A stretch of DNA of 64,000 nucleotides from Octopus bimaculoides. Its lineage: Eukaryota. Location: contig NC_068990.1 in assembly GCF_001194135.2 (NCBI RefSeq), positions 67,218,646 to 67,282,645 on the forward strand, given 5' to 3'. This document shows positions 26,545 to 38,903 of this stretch, piece by piece. Under the pieces are notes generated by a model. The model was not told where the DNA came from. It searched no databases and saw nothing but the letters and a program-made list of their open reading frames with translations. How positions within the stretch are numbered: position 1 is the stretch's first letter; every line of letters begins with the position of its first letter. Made by a program: the position numbers and the translations under genes.

Positions 26545-26720
26545 ATCGTCATTATCATTTAGCATCCATTTTCCATGCTGGCATGAGTTTGATGGTTTGA
26601 CAAGAGCTGGTAAGGCCAGGAGCTGCATCAGTCTCCATTGTTTGTTTTTGGCATAGGTTTCTACTGTTGGATGCTCTTCCTAAAGCTAATTATATTGCAG
26701 AGTGTATTCTGTAGATTTTA
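26545..26720 (-). mobile_element. RTE-derived 3' tail, degenerate
   Basis: catttagcatccattttccatgctggcatg...ggatgctcttcctaa. Confidence 0.6.
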
Positions 26721-27302
26721 CGTGACACCATCATTGACTGGGTCACTAAGTATCTTGCAAGTCGAAAACTCCTCAGTTGGGAATGGGGAGTAGGATCGAG
26801 TGCTGGTTGTGCTGGTTGAGTGATTAAAGGGACAGAGATAGGTGTCTTGCTGTTGGGTAGATACATGGATACTCCAATTGGAAAAGAAAAGAGAGTTAGA
26901 GGGTAAGATAAAGACAGCAGATAAAGAGAGCAATAGAGATGGCGGTGAAGATGTTTCAGGACATGCTTTCAAGGGACATTGGGGGGGGGGGAGAATAAAT
27001 GAAGTGATATTGAGGTTTTGACTGCATGAGTGGGCAGGAGCTGCAGTAGATATGTCAAGGAATTGAGGATGACAGCAGATATATGATGGAGAGCAACACA
27101 GGGAAGAGAAGAAACAGAAAGGAAGTGATTGTTGGAGACAGTAGGCAGGGGAAGACAATGGGAAATGGAAGCTTGGGGTGAGGAAAGAAAGGTAACTGAG
27201 AAAGCAGGCAGGTATGTAGTAAATGTTTATTCTGCTTTCAGATGCTAGAAAAGTAACGGATGTAAGGGGATGAAATATGGATGGGGAATTAGTTAACAGG
27301 GC

Positions 27303-27347
<45 letters not shown>

Positions 27348-27629
27348 TGAGAAGGGTAACATAATCACATTCATTAGCTTACAGCTGTGCACTTAAAACT
27401 GGGTGCTTGTGCAACACCCTAATATGTCAGAAACAGCTGTAAGCTAATGATGGTGATTATATAATTCCTGTTTCTTTTTTTTGTTGTCATTCATTATTCA
27501 TTAATTAATATTACACTCTGTACTCAGTATACTAAGTATATTGAGATCTAACAACCAGTTATTTGCACAGCTATGCCTAAGAAAAACCATAATACATGTA
27601 TATATATACATATATGTGTGTGTGTGAAT

Positions 27630-27724
27630 GTGCATGGCTCAGTGGTTAATGCATCAGGCCCACAATCACAAAGTAGTGAGTTCAATTCCTGGATTGGGTT
27701 GTGTTGTGCTCTTGAGCAAGACAA
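27630..27724 (+). mobile_element. SINE family C head; matching 3' end resumes at ~28310-28355
   Basis: tggctcagtggtt...gagttcaattcctgg...cttgagcaagaca matches 58637; aactttataggtgca...cattcatga...aggggatctttt resembles the family C end. Confidence 0.7.
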
Positions 27725-27726
27725 TT

Positions 27727-28309
27727 GGCGATCTTTCGATACCAATCCTCCTTTTTGCTTCAGCGTTTGTTTACATCAATTAGGCAATTTCCGTAATGAA
27801 AGAGAGAAAGGGTGTTAGTCAGCGACAGCTTTGATCTGTTAGGTAGCAGACAGCATGCCAGTTATCTCTCTTTCCCCCTCTCTTAAGAACACATGCTAGT
27901 TATCTCTCTTTCCCCCTCTCTTAAGAACACATGCCAGTTATCTCTCGCTTTCTCTCTCTATCTCTAACCCTAACCCATAACCCTAACCCTAAGAGACGTG
28001 TTTTTAAGAGAGTGTAAAAGAGATAGATAGAGAGAGAGTGTGAAAGAGATAGACAGAGAGAGAGAAAGCGAGGGAGTGTGAAAGAGATAGATAGGGAGAG
28101 AGTGTGAAAGAGATAGACAGAGAGAGAGAAAGCGAGAGATAAGTGACATGTGTTCTTAAGGGATGGGTTTCCCTGCTGTCTGCTACCTAACAGATCAAAT
28201 CTGTCGCTGACTAACGTCCTTTCCCTCTTTCTTTACGGAAACTGCCGAACGATTGTCAAACGATTGTCAAACGAGTTGGCATATAGAAAACTTGTACCGA
28301 AGGATCGCC
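27727..28309. mobile_element. Fold-back/MITE-like element with nested inverted repeats and a (TAACCC)n core
   Basis: 73-bp IR 27783-27855 / 28174-28246 (6 mismatches); outer 16-bp IR; internal 38-bp direct repeats. Confidence 0.75.
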
Positions 28310-28384
28310 GAACTTTATAGGTGCAGTTTCCATTCATGAATGAAGGGGATCTTTTATATATATATATATATAAAATATATATAT

Positions 28385-28765
28385 TCTTTTATTCTTTTAC
28401 TTGTTTCAGTCATTTGATTGCGGCCATGCTGGAGCACTGCTTTTAGTCGAACAAACTGACCCCAGGACTTATTCTTTGTAAGCCTAGTACTTATTCTATA
28501 GGTCTCTTTTGCTGAACTGCTAAGTTATGGGGACATAAGCACACCAACATCAGTTGTCAAGCAATGGTGGTGGGAGGACAAATACAGACACACAACTACA
28601 TACACATATTTACAATGGGTCTCTTTCAGTTTCCATCTACCAAATCCACTCACAAGGCTTTGGTTGACCTGAGACAATAGTAGAAGACACTTGCCCAAGG
28701 TGCCATGTAGTGGGACTGAATCCAGAACCATGTTGTTGGGAAGCAAACTTCTTACCACACAGCCC
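28385..28765 (-). mobile_element. SINE family A, complete (tRNA head + CORE-like ggcaccttgggcaagt + 3' tail)
   Basis: Both halves present and colinear with 38181-38530. Confidence 0.9.
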
Positions 28766-28864
28766 ACATATATAATTTATTGTTCCATAATGGTAAGATT
28801 AGCAAAAAAGTATTCCATCTGGTGAGAGATAGATATTATTTATTAGACACAATACATGCTTATA

Positions 28865-28919
28865 TGTGCTACTAATAGTTTCATATGTTGAGAAATACCT
28901 CAAACATTCATCAGGCACA
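28865..28919 (-). ncRNA. Minimal type I hammerhead ribozyme (solo)
   Basis: tgtgc-CTGATGA-atgtttgag gtattt ctcaacat-at-GAAA-ctattag-TA-gcaca: 5-bp perfect stem I, 8-bp stem II with a bulge, near-palindromic stem III, GUA cleavage triplet. Confidence 0.7.
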
Positions 28920-29979
28920 AACCACGTATCATAATGAACTAAAAATTGAATGCATAATAATCTTAAAAGAAGGAAGCATGAGAGATGTATACAGATTTAT
29001 TATTTCCATATGATTACAACTAGGATAAATCTGTATTTGCCTCTCATACCTCCTGATTTCATGCTTATATATGCCTTGTCAAAGTAGTATATCCTGGATT
29101 CTAGTTGTATGGATATGCTAAACTGCATCATAATTCAATTACTGTGTGAACTGATAGCTGATTCCTTGTGGGAGTGCTTAATGTGTATTCTGCTCGATTC
29201 TTTGAATCCAATTTTCTACTTTATTATACATAATTTTTACCTTCAGATATATTTATTATTTTATTCTGATACATATTAATATACCTTATACCATCCTAAT
29301 CTTGAAGTAATTGTAGCAAAGCAATTAAAAACCAAATAATAATGTTTATATTTGAAATTATGAAACTCATATGAACACAAGAGAGAGGCCAATATCAGTG
29401 GCATTTCTTAATCTGAATGTAACATCCAGATTGCATTGCCTCTACAAGTCTAGAGAAGCAATCACTATTCAATTTCTTTGGATTTGATCCCAAATATATC
29501 AAACAATAATCATATTATATGATTTCTATATATCAAGTTTCTGCAATCTCACCCAGTTGAAAGCTTTCAGAAGTTGCAGAATATTGAAAGTCATAATGGT
29601 GAACAAATGGCATGGAATTTGCTTGAATGAAAATTATATTGATATAAAGGATTCTTGTGGTCAAAGTTATAACAATGCTCTCTCAAAATGACTGACAGCC
29701 ACAATGGATTCTAAGGACAGATTAAGAAACTGAATCAGTTTCCACAATACACAAGTTCAGTACATTCAGTAATTTTTAATTGAGAATTTTACCAAGAAGT
29801 AATAAATTAAATTTTTGTCTTAATTTGAATTCTGATTACATTTTATTTATTTATCTTTATTTTTATTTAAACATTTCTGTGTAATGGTCACAGCTCTATC
29901 GTATAGTGATTATCACATCTGCTTAACACACAGAAAACCACAAATTCAATCTCGCTAAAACCTTATACGACATTTTTTT

Positions 29980-30180
29980 TAAGGTGGCTCACTGGCAGAA
30001 TTGTTTGCACACCAGGTAAATTGCTTAGTTGCATTTCGCCATCTTAACATTCTGAGTTCAAATTCTGCCTTTCATTCTTTCTGAAGCAATAGAATAAATG
30101 CAAGTTGAGCACTAGGGTTGATGTAGTTAACCTACCCCTTCCCCTGAACTTGCTGATCTTGTGCCAGAATTTGTAACCGA
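29980..30180 (+). mobile_element. SINE family D
   Basis: aaggtggctcactggcagaattg...ctgagttcaaattctgcctttcattc. Confidence 0.7.
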
Positions 30181-30544
30181 TATTTCTGTGTAATGATAGA
30201 GATTTATGTATGCTTTATTCTTAAAGGTAACACTTATTTACAAAATTCTGAATATATTTTATACCAATTGTTGAAGGATGTTAAAGCTACATGGATACTC
30301 CCTTACTGAGCTTTCAGATGTTACATAAATCTTGAGTAATATTGCAGTGGTAATGATCAGTAAAAGAAGTCTGTTAACAGTAGGCTTACAATAAAGTACA
30401 GGCTAGAAACTAAAACAATGACCATATTGTTAGTTTAAACATGAATTTTAAACATGAACTCTAAGGTTAGTTGTTCAATTGACATGTAGAGGAATTGTGT
30501 CAGTGACCAGGTTTCATTTGTGTGATGGAACATTTTGCACAGAT

Positions 30545-30700
30545 GGAAGAATGGCTGTATTGTAAGAAGTTTGCTTCTCAACCATAAAGTTTTAAGTTCT
30601 GTCCCACTGTGCGGCAACTTGGGCAACTGTTTTCTGACTATGGCCACTGACCAAGGGGATTTGGTAGACAAACAACGGAAAGAAGCTCATCATGTGTGTA
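30545..30700 (+). mobile_element. SINE family A 5' part
   Basis: gtaagaagtttgcttctcaacc...cccactgtgcggcaacttgggcaa. Confidence 0.75.
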
Positions 30701-30701
30701 T

Positions 30702-30738
<37 letters not shown>

Positions 30739-32099
30739 GGGGGGAAAGCTGAAATATTTCTGTCATTAGAGGCCATTTATACCCTACTATGTCTGAATGT
30801 TTTCCACCTCATCAAGAATTTGACAATGTATTTTGATTTTGCTGTTTACTGAAGATAAGCAATAATACATTCACCAATATTTTTAGTGTCCATTTTCCCA
30901 TGCTTGTATGGATCAGACAAGAGTATGTTGTAGCAGAGTTTTCAATGACTGGATTCTCTTCCTCTTGCATACTCCCTCTCTTTTCTAAGTATGATAATAC
31001 TCTCTCACTCTATCAAACAACAAACATCTTGGACATGCTTACATGGTGGATTTTAAGCAAATGAGTCCATTTGCGAAACCATTGTTTATAATCAAACATA
31101 CATGTGGAATCAAAAGGAAGCAAACCTTATTCACATACATACATGCAATGAAATTCCTTCAGTCTCCCTCGGTCAAATCCACTCATAAGGCTTGGGTTGG
31201 CCTGAGGACCAATGAAATGGTTGGGAAGTGAACTTCTCAAACATGCAGGCATGACTCAGATTTTGTTACACTAAGAAAGTCTGACAAAAGAGTTTCTGCA
31301 TTGCTATATATATATTAGTTGATACAAAACAGATTTATGATTGTTTTAGTTTTTCTACCTCATAACCAAAAAAACTCACGTGGAATCTTGTTTTCCAAAC
31401 ACAGAAATTGTCTTAAAGATTTATTTAGCTATTACAGCTACAAGTTACAAGTTGCAGTGTTGAATATTAACTTCCAAAGGTCAAGAGCAATTTGTTTTAA
31501 ATATTATTTTCAAATAAGTATGATACCAAGACCAGAGCAGACAGCTTCAACAATCTTAACAATTTAATATGAACTTTTGCCAAAAAATAGATATTTTCAC
31601 CATCATAAACAAGTTTGATCTTTCCCAGAAATTGAAAACCTAATCTTATTGAGACAAGTCTGACCAAAGTGTTTCTATTGTAAAGTTTTGATATTTGTTA
31701 ATTACCATAAATCTATACTCTGGAGGGAATTATCTGTTTGTAGTGTAAAGTTTGGAAAAAAATTATATTGTTTTATCAGTTGTTACCATAGTAATTTGAA
31801 GGGCTAAATTTTCTGGCAAAGAATGAATTATACTGGAATAAAAATATTTTGGTTCCTCTTTTGAAATAAATGCTGCAGGGTCTATGTAAGCTTAATCCAT
31901 TTGTTTTAACAAAAGAAAGACTGGTCAGATTGTATTTTATTGTTATATATTTTTGTGTAATGTTTAATGGTTTTGTAGTTAAACAGTTTCAAAAGCAATT
32001 TTGGTTGAATCTAAAAAGTCATTATTCTTTGAGTTTATGATAGTAAATCAGTACAGATTTTGTTATTGTAGTAAAACAATCTCAAATTCCAGGAACCAT

Positions 32100-32330
32100 A
32101 GTACTAATTACCTGGTTTCCATGGCCTATAAGTGACCAAGATTTCAACGTTCCCCCAAATAGGACACTAGTCTGTCACTGAGTAACTCATTTACAGCTGA
32201 ATGGACACCAGGTTACTCATTTACAGCTGATCAATGTGAAATTCAGTGTTTTACCAAACACAACACACCTCTCAGTCCAAGAATTGAAGCTACAATCTTG
32301 AGATCATGGGAGCAACGCCCTAAACAAGAG
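32100..32330 (-). mobile_element. SINE family C-like, degenerate
   Basis: ctcatttacagctga, caatgtgaaatt and decayed tRNA head on the minus strand. Confidence 0.5.
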
Positions 32331-32379
32331 GCCACCTGCTTTCTCTTTTATTATGGGGGATTGGTAGAATTGTTAGAGT

Positions 32380-32560
32380 ATGATAAAAAATGTCTTGTGG
32401 TATTTGATCCAGCTCCTTACAATCTGTGGTCAAATCCTGTCAAGGTCTACTTTGTTTTTCATCTTTCCAATTATTACAACAGGGTACCAGTTTTATACTG
32501 GAGCTGATGGAATCAATTAAATGTCTTCATTCAAAACTACTGGCCTTGAAACTTAATTAG
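32380..32560 (+). mobile_element. SINE family D, degenerate
   Basis: gtcaaggtctactttgtttttcatctttcc...gtaccag. Confidence 0.5.
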
Positions 32561-33591
32561 AAACAATTATTTCATGCATTCAGTTTTATTTTATCAACTG
32601 TTTACTCATTTTAGAAAGTTTGGTAAAGCAAATACACTTATATAAAACATTCTTCTGAAATTTAGTCTCTAACATCATTCTTAGCAGAGCTGCAACACAA
32701 TTAACATAGAAGTCAAAACTTACTCAGATCCAGCAGCCAGATATGTTAATTAATGAACCTGTTTTGAGATCACATTTAACATATTGCATCAAGAAGTGTT
32801 TATGGTCGTGTCAAGTCTGATAGCAATCTGAAATTGTTCTATCTTTTGTTGTTGTAGAATGTCTGGACTTTTCTTGTGGAAGGTGACTAAAGTTTAATCT
32901 TAAAGCCAATTAATATGTGGTACTGTGAGAACAAAAATAAGTTCTATGCCAGCACAAGACAACGCAGTGAGTTGATCTGTAACCTATATATTGAAGTCTG
33001 AATAACCTGGTTCGTCTAACACAATGCTCTTAACTTGCTCGGAAAAGAAAATGTCCAGAGATTTAAAATATCAGAAATATTAAAATATTATTCTGAAAGT
33101 ATAAACTCTGACAGATTTTGATTTCATTTCTAACCTGTGAGTGCCACAGACCAACACTTTTTATCAGTCAGACAAACATTATTATTCTATTATTTTGTCA
33201 CAAATATAATACAGATTTATTTTCAAGGAAAATGATGTCAGTTTTGTTTGGAGAGGAAATCATCAATCAAAACCACCACCACCATCATTATCATCATCAC
33301 CATCATTATCATCATCTTCACCACAACCATTATTATTTGTAGAAGAACTTGGCAATAAACAATAACTATAATCAACTTCATTATATTACAGGTACTTTCT
33401 TTATAAATTCTGGACAAAAATGAAAGCTAAAATACACCAAATGTTAAATTTTTGAAGTCAGCAATGCAAAGCACTAAATAAAACACAATAAGTTGGTTCA
33501 CCTGTCTGTTCTTGAGGTATTCTTAATTGGGAAAGAAGCAAATGTTTTGTGTGGTTAGGAGAGAGCTGATTATGTTAGCCCNNNNNNNNNN

Positions 33592-33635
<44 letters not shown>

Positions 33636-34261
33636 CATGTATGTATGTATGTATGTATAGGGATGGTGAAAGAAGGACAATAGGCTGTAGAAAACCTGAC
33701 TCAACAAGTTGCATCTGTCCTATGCAAACATGGAAAATTAGATGTTAAAACAATGATGATGATGAAGGTGATGAGGGTAATGATGATGCTGAGGATGATG
33801 ATGTACTACAAAATAAATTGTGATGTGTTTTGCCTTTTTAAGTGTATTTGTACGGTAAAAGGAGACAGTTGCTTCTAAGTATTGATGCTAGAATGCAATG
33901 TAAAATAGTCTTGAAGTATGCAGGCACCCTAATAGAAAGTCTACCATTATAAATCACCAGCTTTTACTTTCAGCAAAGAATGAATCCATAGGGTAACGAG
34001 GAATTAAAAGGTGTTGTCCAGTCAAAATGTTCATCTTATTGCTAGTCATGAGCACAAGCAGTTATAAACTTGTAATAAATTGGCTTCTGTCTTAATCCAC
34101 TCAACAGCTGCTTATATAAACATTAAAGCAAAAACTTTAAAAGCTTTTCTAATTTTCTAATAGTAAAACTTGAGTGGCTTAAGGCTCTCTCTCTAATAGC
34201 AGTGGTAATTATGGAGATGATAAAATTATTTGTAGAATGAATGCTTTTATTTTTCTATTAG

Positions 34262-34318
34262 CCGCATGCAACAAGTGTCAAGGATTTCATTACATTAACG
34301 GAGTTGTTATTTGAAAAG
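34262..34318 (+). CDS. Candidate isolated internal exon (PHATSVKDFITLTELLFEK, phase 0/0); gene unknown
   Basis: Acceptor gcttttatttttctattag, donor AAG|gtaaat, 57 nt open in frame 0, non-repetitive context. Confidence 0.3.
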
Positions 34319-34489
34319 GTAAATGGAAAGACAAAATCTATGACACAGCTTCTTTAATGCACTCAGTTGCAATATACTATAATCTTTTTTTTTTTTTTTT
34401 TTCATTTTATAGCCTTAAGTCACCTACATATTATGGTTTGAAATAGATTTTTTTTCTTCAAAGATATTTTTTTTTCCTCTATCGTCATA

Positions 34490-34720
34490 ATCATTATTGT
34501 TTCAACATTTACTTTTCCATGCTTGTATGGGTCAGACAGAATTTGTTGAGGCAGATTTTCTGGAGCTGGATGCTCTTCTTGTCTCTAACTATCACTTTCT
34601 TCCCCATAGCTAGACATGTTTCCATGGGAGACTGAAAACAAACAGTGTTGTTTGTATGACAGTGATACTCATTTGCAACCATCATGTGATGTCAGGTCAA
34701 GGTTACACACAAACACAGAC
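34490..34720 (-). mobile_element. Repeat sharing the RTE-like tail (second subfamily; also ~39470-39670 and ~30880-30990)
   Basis: ttttccatgcttgtatgggtcagacagaatttgttgaggcagattttct...ggatgctctt recurs in the window. Confidence 0.55.
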
Positions 34721-34732
34721 ATATACATACAC

Positions 34733-34767
<35 letters not shown>

Positions 34768-34769
34768 CA

Positions 34770-34925
34770 ACAAGCTCCTTTCAGATTCCATCTGCCAAAT
34801 TTACTCACAAGGCTCTTGTTGGCCCAGTGCTATAGTAGATATTTGTTCAAAGAGCAGCACAGTAGTACTGAACCCAAAGTGACATTGTTGGGAAGTAAAC
34901 TTCTTAATCACACACCAATGTCTGC
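34770..34925 (-). mobile_element. SINE family A 5' part
   Basis: tttcagattccatctgccaaatttactcacaaggctc...aaacttcttaatcacac. Confidence 0.7.
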
Positions 34926-37314
34926 AACTTTTCTATGTATAAAATTTACAAAAATAAATATATTTGAAGAATGATTAATCAAAAATGATTTGGTCCAGTG
35001 TTAAAGAATCTTATCTATGTACAGTAAATCCATGTTTCAATTATTAGGTTATATTTGTATAATTTTCAAGTCTCATACTGAAGAGTCTAAAGAGATGAGT
35101 CAACATTACAAAAAGGGACTAGAATCAGAAAGTGAATTCAATTTAACCAAAGTGTGTCAAGGGAATCCTATAACTAATGCTATTGGCAAGAATGAGCACC
35201 AAAATTTTCTGGCTTGTCATTTAAATTGACTTTTTACTTTATGGTCCCATAAAACATTTACAATCTACCCATTTGATCTTGGTAGTAATAAACTAGCAAT
35301 TCTAACTGACATAGTTTAAGAAACCTGCAAATCATTTGATATACTTTCAAAAGTTTATCAAACTTTCAAAACAACTGACATACTTTTGAATTATGTGACA
35401 TATTTCCAAAATCCTCTTTTCATTTAAAGGTACTATAATTTTTCAGAAATATGTTTAAATATAATTCTTCCATTCTGCATTCTTCTCTGTAACTTAGTAT
35501 TTTTATGAGTGAGCTGTTTATTTTGCTCTTCTGTATTTTATCAAGAAAGGTATCTCATTTCAATGTTCTATTTGATCCAATAGATCCTTTTAAGTTTTTC
35601 AAAATACCATTAAGAGAGCACTTATGAATTAAGCTCAACCTTTAAATGTGTTCCTGTCTTGTGCCTTAACGCTAGCATGAATAAAAATAAGGAGAATTAT
35701 AGAAGTGGCTTAAGATAAAATTTAATTTCATGATCGAAATAATCTCAAAATGATATGACATTATATGATGCTCAATATACTCTGCCCTTATCTTAATATG
35801 GAATAAAACACCATGTGAAATGCTCATATGTCAGTAAACGCATAAATCCAGTAAGAGTTTCTGTTTTACAAAATCTGAAAACTACTTATTTTGATATCCA
35901 TTTAGATTATCTACTTTATTTCAATAGTCGTAAATAATAAAATTTTCTCGGTTGATATCTCTTATCCAGCATCCTCTCAAATATTCATAGCTTCTTTTCT
36001 TGCTTTGAATGTAAACTCCATGTTTATGCATCAATAAACTCTAAATTAGATTTACCTAATTCTTTATATGTTGTAGAACCACATATATAAACAAACTGCA
36101 TTTTGAATGCTTAGTTTCTCTCATATTCAATAAACTCTGATATAAGGGCATCAAAAAATGCCATTTAAAATTCACTCACTGAATATTGGTCGGGGGACAA
36201 GATTTAAAACCCTATTTATGATTTATTTCTTCAAGATATTTCTCTACAGATTCATATTAAATACTTGACATTGTATTATTTTCCAGCAACATATATTGTG
36301 ACAGGTTCTTTTCTTATTATATCCCAGATATTGGAACATTTGTTCACTAGATCTTCAACTGTCCAAATTGATAAATGGATTTAAATGCCATATTAAATAC
36401 GTGTTTGTCAGAAACTATGGAAACAAGATAAATATGACCAACAAAACAAGCCTATACATGGTCACTCAATCTTCTAGAAATACAAGCTAAATCTCTCTCA
36501 AAGTATAGTTAATACACTTGAGAAAGGCAGTATGCATTATATATCAATGTAGTCATTGCTACATCTATTAGAAAGACAGGAGGGGCATGGCTGCTAGGTG
36601 TTTGGTCATAAGTCTGCTTAGACGGAGCTGACCTACACTAACAACAACAACAACAACAACCATATTTTCAGGAGAGGCACCTGGGTATTCTGTACCTTCA
36701 GCAACTTTACAATGTGTGTCTCTTCTTTCCAGCCCTATAATGTGTTCCACTTTTTCATACAATGAGAGAGGGGGAATTTTGATGCATTCCCATTTCTCCT
36801 ACAACAGAAGAAGGGGCTACCATTAACCTTACAATGAGAGCTTCCTTCACTAAACTTTTTTTAACAACATTTTCCAACAGTCACTCTCATTGCACAAGCT
36901 AGAAACTGCAGCTGCAAAAAAGATTAAATTGTAATTAACTAACTTGCAGACAAGAAATCTGTAGTCTTTTCATGATTATGTATATCACTGAGTAATTTTG
37001 TTACTGCATAAAATCTAAAATATTTCACACCAATATCATGTGACAGTTATAATACCATATAACCCACTCGCCCATCTGCTCATGTCATATTTCTTTCCTT
37101 GTTCCACAATCGACCATCCATGGTCTCCTTCTTGGTTTTAATTCGATCAAGAAATTTTACATGCCATATTTATGAATCCCCTGATTTTAGTGCCTTAGAC
37201 CATTACCGAGCTTGTTGAATGTACTGCACTAACCTTGGCTATTTTCATACAATTTACAATATCTTGTTTTTAATAAACACTACTGTCTAGTCTCACTGTA
37301 AGTAGTTGTTATTT

Positions 37315-37625
37315 CACTTTTATCTTTTACTTGTGTCTGTAATTGGCTCTCGGCCATGCTATGACACTGCATTGAAGGGTTTAGTCAAACAAATCAGCCC
37401 CAGTACTTATTTTTAAGTCTGAAATTTATTCTATCATTTCACTTTTACTGAACTTCTGAGTTATAGAGGTGTAAACAAAGCAACACCAGCTGTCAAGTGG
37501 TGGTGGAGGTACACACACATGACAGGCTTCCTCACAGTTTCTGTCAACCAAATTCAAACTCAAGGCATTGAGTGGTCCAAGGTGTCATGCAGTTGGACAG
37601 AACCCAAAACCACTTGTTTACAAAG
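37315..37625 (-). mobile_element. SINE family A, degenerate
   Basis: cttttacttg...cggccatgct...cagtttctgtcaaccaaattc. Confidence 0.7.
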
Positions 37626-38144
37626 TGATTGCTTTGTTGCATCTGCAAAAATTATTATTGATTCAATTATGAAATAAGAACTAAAACAGCTTCATCAATA
37701 GCAACAAAAGTATTTGTACCCCAAAAGTTAAATAAACTTTCTATCAACATTGATGTCAAATGTCTATCTGAAGTTATTCAATATTTACTAAGATAACCAC
37801 TAAGAGATAATTATAAGCAATTCTAGATATTATAACTGCAATTCTTGCAATATTCACTTTTTATATTATTCACCACAAAAAGTTAGCAAATACCAGTAAT
37901 ACACCAAAACCCATAAATTTATTTTACAACATTGTTCTTATATGAAGAAAAATTTTGGGTTTAGGAGATAAATCTATATTTCTTTTATGTGAAAACATAT
38001 AACACACAAATGCTTAAGTCATTACTAAGTCTTTCAATCATCCATGAAATATTTACACAGTCATTTACTCCAATAACAGTATCATAAATCTATTCTGTTC
38101 ATAGTAAACGTGATATAAATATAAAAGAAAAAAACACTCAAGCT

Positions 38145-38180
<36 letters not shown>

Positions 38181-38182
<2 letters not shown>

Positions 38183-38530
38183 CTTTTCTTCTTTTACTTG
38201 TTTTAGTCATGACTGCGGCCATGGTGGAGCACCACCTTGAAAGGTTTTAGTCAAACAAGTCAACCCCAGGACTTATTATTTTAAGCCTTATTTCATTAGT
38301 CTCTTTTGCCAAACTGCTAAGTTACAGGGATGTAAACACATCAACATTGGTTGTCAAGCAGTAACGGGGCAGGACGAACACAGACACACACAAATATGCA
38401 CATGCATATATACAATGGGTGTCTTTCAGTTTCCATCTGCCAAATCCACTCACAAGGCCTTGGTCAGTATGAGGCTATAGTAGAAGGCACTTGCCCAAGG
38501 TGCCATGCAGTGGAACTGAACCCAGAACCA
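38181..38530 (-). mobile_element. SINE family A
   Basis: Colinear with 28385-28765. Confidence 0.9.
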
Positions 38531-38534
38531 TTAA

Positions 38535-38767
38535 TTAACCCTTTGACATTTAGATTACTCAGTCAAACATAATGTTTATTTATTGTGATGGGTTTGAATT
38601 AATTATGCATTATCTGTCAAGTAGCTTCAAGATTTCAATCATGTCGATTGTATATTTTTAGAGTGACATTGTAGGATAAGTCTGAGAGGCTGAATCTGGC
38701 TGATTTGAACGTAAAACATGTAGAATATATGGACCTAATATGGCTGGTTTAAATGCTAAACAGTTAA
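38535..38767 (+). mobile_element. piggyBac-type MITE family 1 (TTAA ends)
   Basis: ttaaccctttgacatt...aatgctaaacagttaa; second copy at 50313-50540. Confidence 0.75.
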
Positions 38768-38903
38768 TCCTTTCATTATTAAATTTCTATGGAACATAAC
38801 ATGAAATTTCATTGATAGGTTTTCATTTAGATAACTTAAAAACCGAAAGCTTGTTTCATAGAACCAAAAGCAGTCCCAGACGATTTGGCATCAAAAGGAT
38901 TAA
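38768..38903 (+). mobile_element. piggyBac-type MITE family 2, 3' half
   Basis: Ends ttggcatcaaaaggattaa; shares body with 23581-23777. Confidence 0.55.

Noticed and set aside
26718-27392. Longest non-gap ORF in the track (224 aa, minus)
   Set aside because: It starts in a (TA)n tract, is S/P/L-rich because the plus strand is purine-rich, and has no recognisable motif or splice signals.
27854-27945. 38-bp direct repeats that might suggest a CRISPR-like array
   Set aside because: The units are contiguous with no spacers, and the DNA is eukaryotic repeat sequence.
27965-27992. (TAACCC)n as an interstitial telomere or fusion site
   Set aside because: There are only about four units, and they lie inside a fold-back element.
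29360-29405. HMNTRERP resembling a C2H2 HTGEKP linker
   Set aside because: There are no flanking CxxC/HxxxH fingers in any frame I checked.
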